DNA from: Azolla caroliniana
Taxonomy: Eukaryota; Plantae; Polypodiophyta
Direction of reading: 5' to 3'
DNA: 64,000 nucleotides
Assembly (NCBI GenBank): GCA_043228905.1
Contig: JBHGNT010000012.1
Coordinates: 1,178,001-1,242,000 of the forward strand
Shown here: positions 62,374 to 64,000 of the stretch, piece after piece
Numbering within the stretch: the first letter of the stretch is position 1
Layout: each line of letters opens with the position of its first letter
Notes under the pieces: generated by a model
Told to the model about the DNA's origin: nothing
The model's database searches: none
Seen by the model: only the letters and a program-made list of their open reading frames with translations
Made by a program: the position numbers and the translations under genes

Positions 62374-64000
62374 ATGGCTAGTCGATCCAAGACCTTCATA
62401 GACTTTGATGCGGATTGGGGTGAAACAATACCCTATGAAGGGAGGTATGGCATGAATCATTTCTCAACTTTATATTGTGTATAAATAGTGATGTTTGTGT
62501 GCTAACTTGAATGATGGTTTAGGGTTTTTGTAAGAAAGGGTGCTAGGTGCCCCAAATCCAACAATATGGATGTTGAAAACATCATTACTGAAGACTCGAA
62601 CATGGATACGAACCCCATACATGACGTGGGGCTAGGTGTTGAAGATATCAGTGTAAATGGTGAGTTGATGTACATTCTTATAATCATTATTGAAGTAAGT
62701 ATATATTGGGTTTTTCTAATGCAAATGTCACACCATTGTTGTAGTGGACCCCATGTCCCTCTTCAAGGCGAGAAGAGACTCAACAGGTATCAAATGTCGC
62801 ACATGTATCGTTGGAGATTCATGTAGAAAAGAGGTACGATGGTTTCGCAAAAAAGTTGACATGGAGGCTCACTTACAGAAGGCACATGGCATCCGTGTAG
62901 TACTGCCTCGAGGGCTAAAGATAGAAGAAGAAGAGCAATCGACCTCCATGAGGAGTACAGCCACGTCATTCTTTAGCCACTACGAAAGACAATGATCAAT
63001 AAAGCGTTTTTTGGATCCGGAGCTAAAGTACAACAGGTCACGCCAATCACACATGAGGAAGTTGAGGACAAGAGCGATTAAGATCCTCAAAGCCACTCCG
63101 AACGCACTTCAAACATCCAAGGAGGTCGATTTCATTGCCCAATTCGTCAGCCAACAGATGGCCAGGTATGACGAGGGAAAGGAGCATAGGATGACAAAAT
63201 TGAAGTTGAAGATTGTGGCTGTGTCTGAAGCTTATGTAAGTAAGGTTTATGATTATGTGTGCATCTTATGTGAGTCTAAATCTAGTGTGTGAATGATTAT
63301 GTGTGAATCTTATGTATGAATTTTAGTGTAAGAATCATGGAATTCCCATGCCAGAAGATGAGACACATGTCGAGATCGATGGTGGTCAAGACCAACTGTC
63401 AAAATCGACAACCCAACAACCAAGGAGACCTAAATTCCAAATCCGCAAGAAAACAGTGGACCCTAGTAAGTTGTCGTTCATTACATCATCTGACACAGAT
63501 GAGGGTGCGGACATTGGGATTGTCTTTATTGGTCCTGGGACAATCATAAAAACATGGGATAACACAATAAGAAAAAAGTTCACTAGGTATGTCGTTATGG
63601 TGGGGGCATGAGATCAATAGTTAACTTCATGTTTTTTTTGTAGTTACTAATCTGGCCTAATAAACAGGTTTCAGGTGGCTTGTCGACGATTAGATCTAGC
63701 GGTCTTTTTGACAGAGGTAGAACTATGTTCGTTGTGCATTGTAGGGGAGATGGCATCCACATGGATGATGACCCTCTTCCACTTATAGATGGAGTACTCG
63801 TTGCCCCCCGAGATCAACAAGCGGTTTCATATTGTGGATCCACTATGGGTACAACTAGAAGGCCAAAGTGATAAGGGTGAAGACATACTCACTCGGGTCC
63901 CTGAACGGGAATATGTCTTCATTCCGATATTGCACTCAGGGCATTGGGTGCTTTGGTTGAAGATGCGATAGACTCCTATAGGTCTCGATGCCAAGGTGAG
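62374..64000 (+). pseudogene. Spliced TE accessory gene: C2H2-like zinc finger + Ulp1/C48-like protease, continues beyond window
   Basis: ATG right after an acceptor at 62374; CRTC...MEAHLQKAH; LAVFLTE|GEMASTWMM...RFHIVDPLW...YVFIPILHSGHWVL (the Ulp1 xxPI...HW motif); donor at ~63996. Several stops and frameshifts. Confidence 0.6.

Overview
Repeat-rich nuclear DNA from a land plant. A fern or other non-seed plant is plausible from the TE families and PPR style, but this is not provable from the window. There is one assembly gap (6541-6640). Host genes: the 3' end of a dirigent gene (1-219), a two-exon six-helix membrane gene resembling the mainly bacterial HdeD/DUF308 family (19696-20415), an intact three-exon MPBQ/MSBQ methyltransferase (VTE3/APG1, 36271-38803, minus) and a decayed FEI-type LRR receptor kinase (48312-52696, minus). 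Most of the rest is transposons. These include a full-length L1-like LINE with a 17-bp TSD into which a very young intact Copia has inserted at the endonuclease SDH motif, three 5'-truncated copies of a second LINE family, a decayed Copia carrying a MITE-like insert, tRNA-like SINE heads sitting in microsatellites, and a Copia/Gypsy chimera. The most unusual region is about 55.6-64 kb. A Sola-like DDD transposase with a BAH-like C-terminal domain (minus) is transcribed divergently from a spliced C2H2-zinc-finger/Ulp1-like protease gene (plus). Between them lie a TATA+intron unit leading into a nested palindrome array, a perfect 20-bp hairpin, and a 3x106-bp array just upstream of a TATA box. 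All family assignments come from motif recognition by eye; no searches were run.
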